A stretch of 32,357 nt of DNA from a virus. The notes below the pieces were generated by a model. That model worked only from the letters and a program-made list of their open reading frames with translations. It made no database searches and had not been told where the DNA came from. Below are positions 32,343 through 32,357 of the stretch, piece after piece (the first letter of the stretch is position 1; each line of letters begins with the position of its first letter). The position numbers and the translations under genes are program-made. Location of the stretch: the IMG/VR virus record IMGVR_UViG_3300045988_092796, positions 1 to 32,357 of that record, one strand, 5' to 3'.

Positions 32343-32357
32343 AGTGGTTTTATAACC
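32336..32357. repeat. att core copy (integrase-proximal end)
   Basis: Identical to 1-22. Confidence 0.8.

Larger units (their letters stand above)
1..32357 (-). mobile_element. Complete integrated temperate siphovirus prophage (lysogeny, replication, packaging, head, tail and lysis modules); phage map is right-to-left
   Basis: Identical 22-bp direct repeats at both window ends. Integrase sits next to the right repeat and the lysis cassette next to the left one. A full set of structural genes lies on the minus strand. Confidence 0.9.

Noticed and set aside
1-32357. Search for CRISPR arrays, tRNA/tmRNA genes, IS elements or reverse transcriptase/retron features
   Set aside because: I saw no spaced identical repeats of CRISPR type, no cloverleaf-like sequence at the att core, no transposase and no RT motifs.

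Overview
The window is one complete temperate siphovirus prophage of about 32.3 kb. It looks like a low-GC Firmicute phage (Streptococcus/Lactococcus style); the CHAP+SH3b lysin resembles streptococcal lysins. It is bounded by identical 22-bp direct repeats at 1-22 and 32336-32357 (att cores). The phage map runs right to left, so most genes are on the minus strand. In phage order: (1) tyrosine integrase, zinc-ribbon/Gly-zipper protein, ImmA-like metalloprotease and XRE repressor on the plus strand; (2) Cro-like gene and early genes, which include DUF3102-like, ORF6C-like, Xis-like HTH, DUF3310, DUF1642, SSB and a replisome organizer/DnaD protein with an internal ori-like repeat block; (3) an XRE HTH and an ArpU-like late regulator; (4) a catalytic-domain-only tyrosine recombinase and an HNH endonuclease; (5) SPP1-type portal, a MuF protein with a C-terminal extension, and a small overlapping ORF; (6) TerL, scaffold and major capsid; (7) connector, neck and major tail proteins; (8) tail chaperone G/GT with a -1 frameshift site, TMP, Dit and Tal; (9) two holins and a CHAP-SH3b endolysin. 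Accessory candidates most worth a second look: (a) a moron operon between lysin and att, with a perfect consensus promoter carrying a palindromic operator, two tiny ORFs, and an HTH protein with a PcrA/UvrD-CTD-like tail (acr-aca-like architecture); (b) a zinc-ribbon + DUF4145-like gene with its own extended -10 promoter, embedded antisense in the early lytic operon; (c) a MuF fusion protein with an unassigned Cys/His C-terminal domain plus a putative immunity ORF; (d) a non-canonical packaging module in which TerL is displaced and bracketed by terminators, no TerS is visible, and unusual G-run/A-tract DNA flanks the HNH gene; (e) a putative late control region made of four 11-bp-phased repeats, an extended -10 and an immediate terminator; (f) a candidate antisense sRNA cassette; (g) apparent face-to-face switch promoters. 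All family assignments come from reading motifs by eye; no searches were run.
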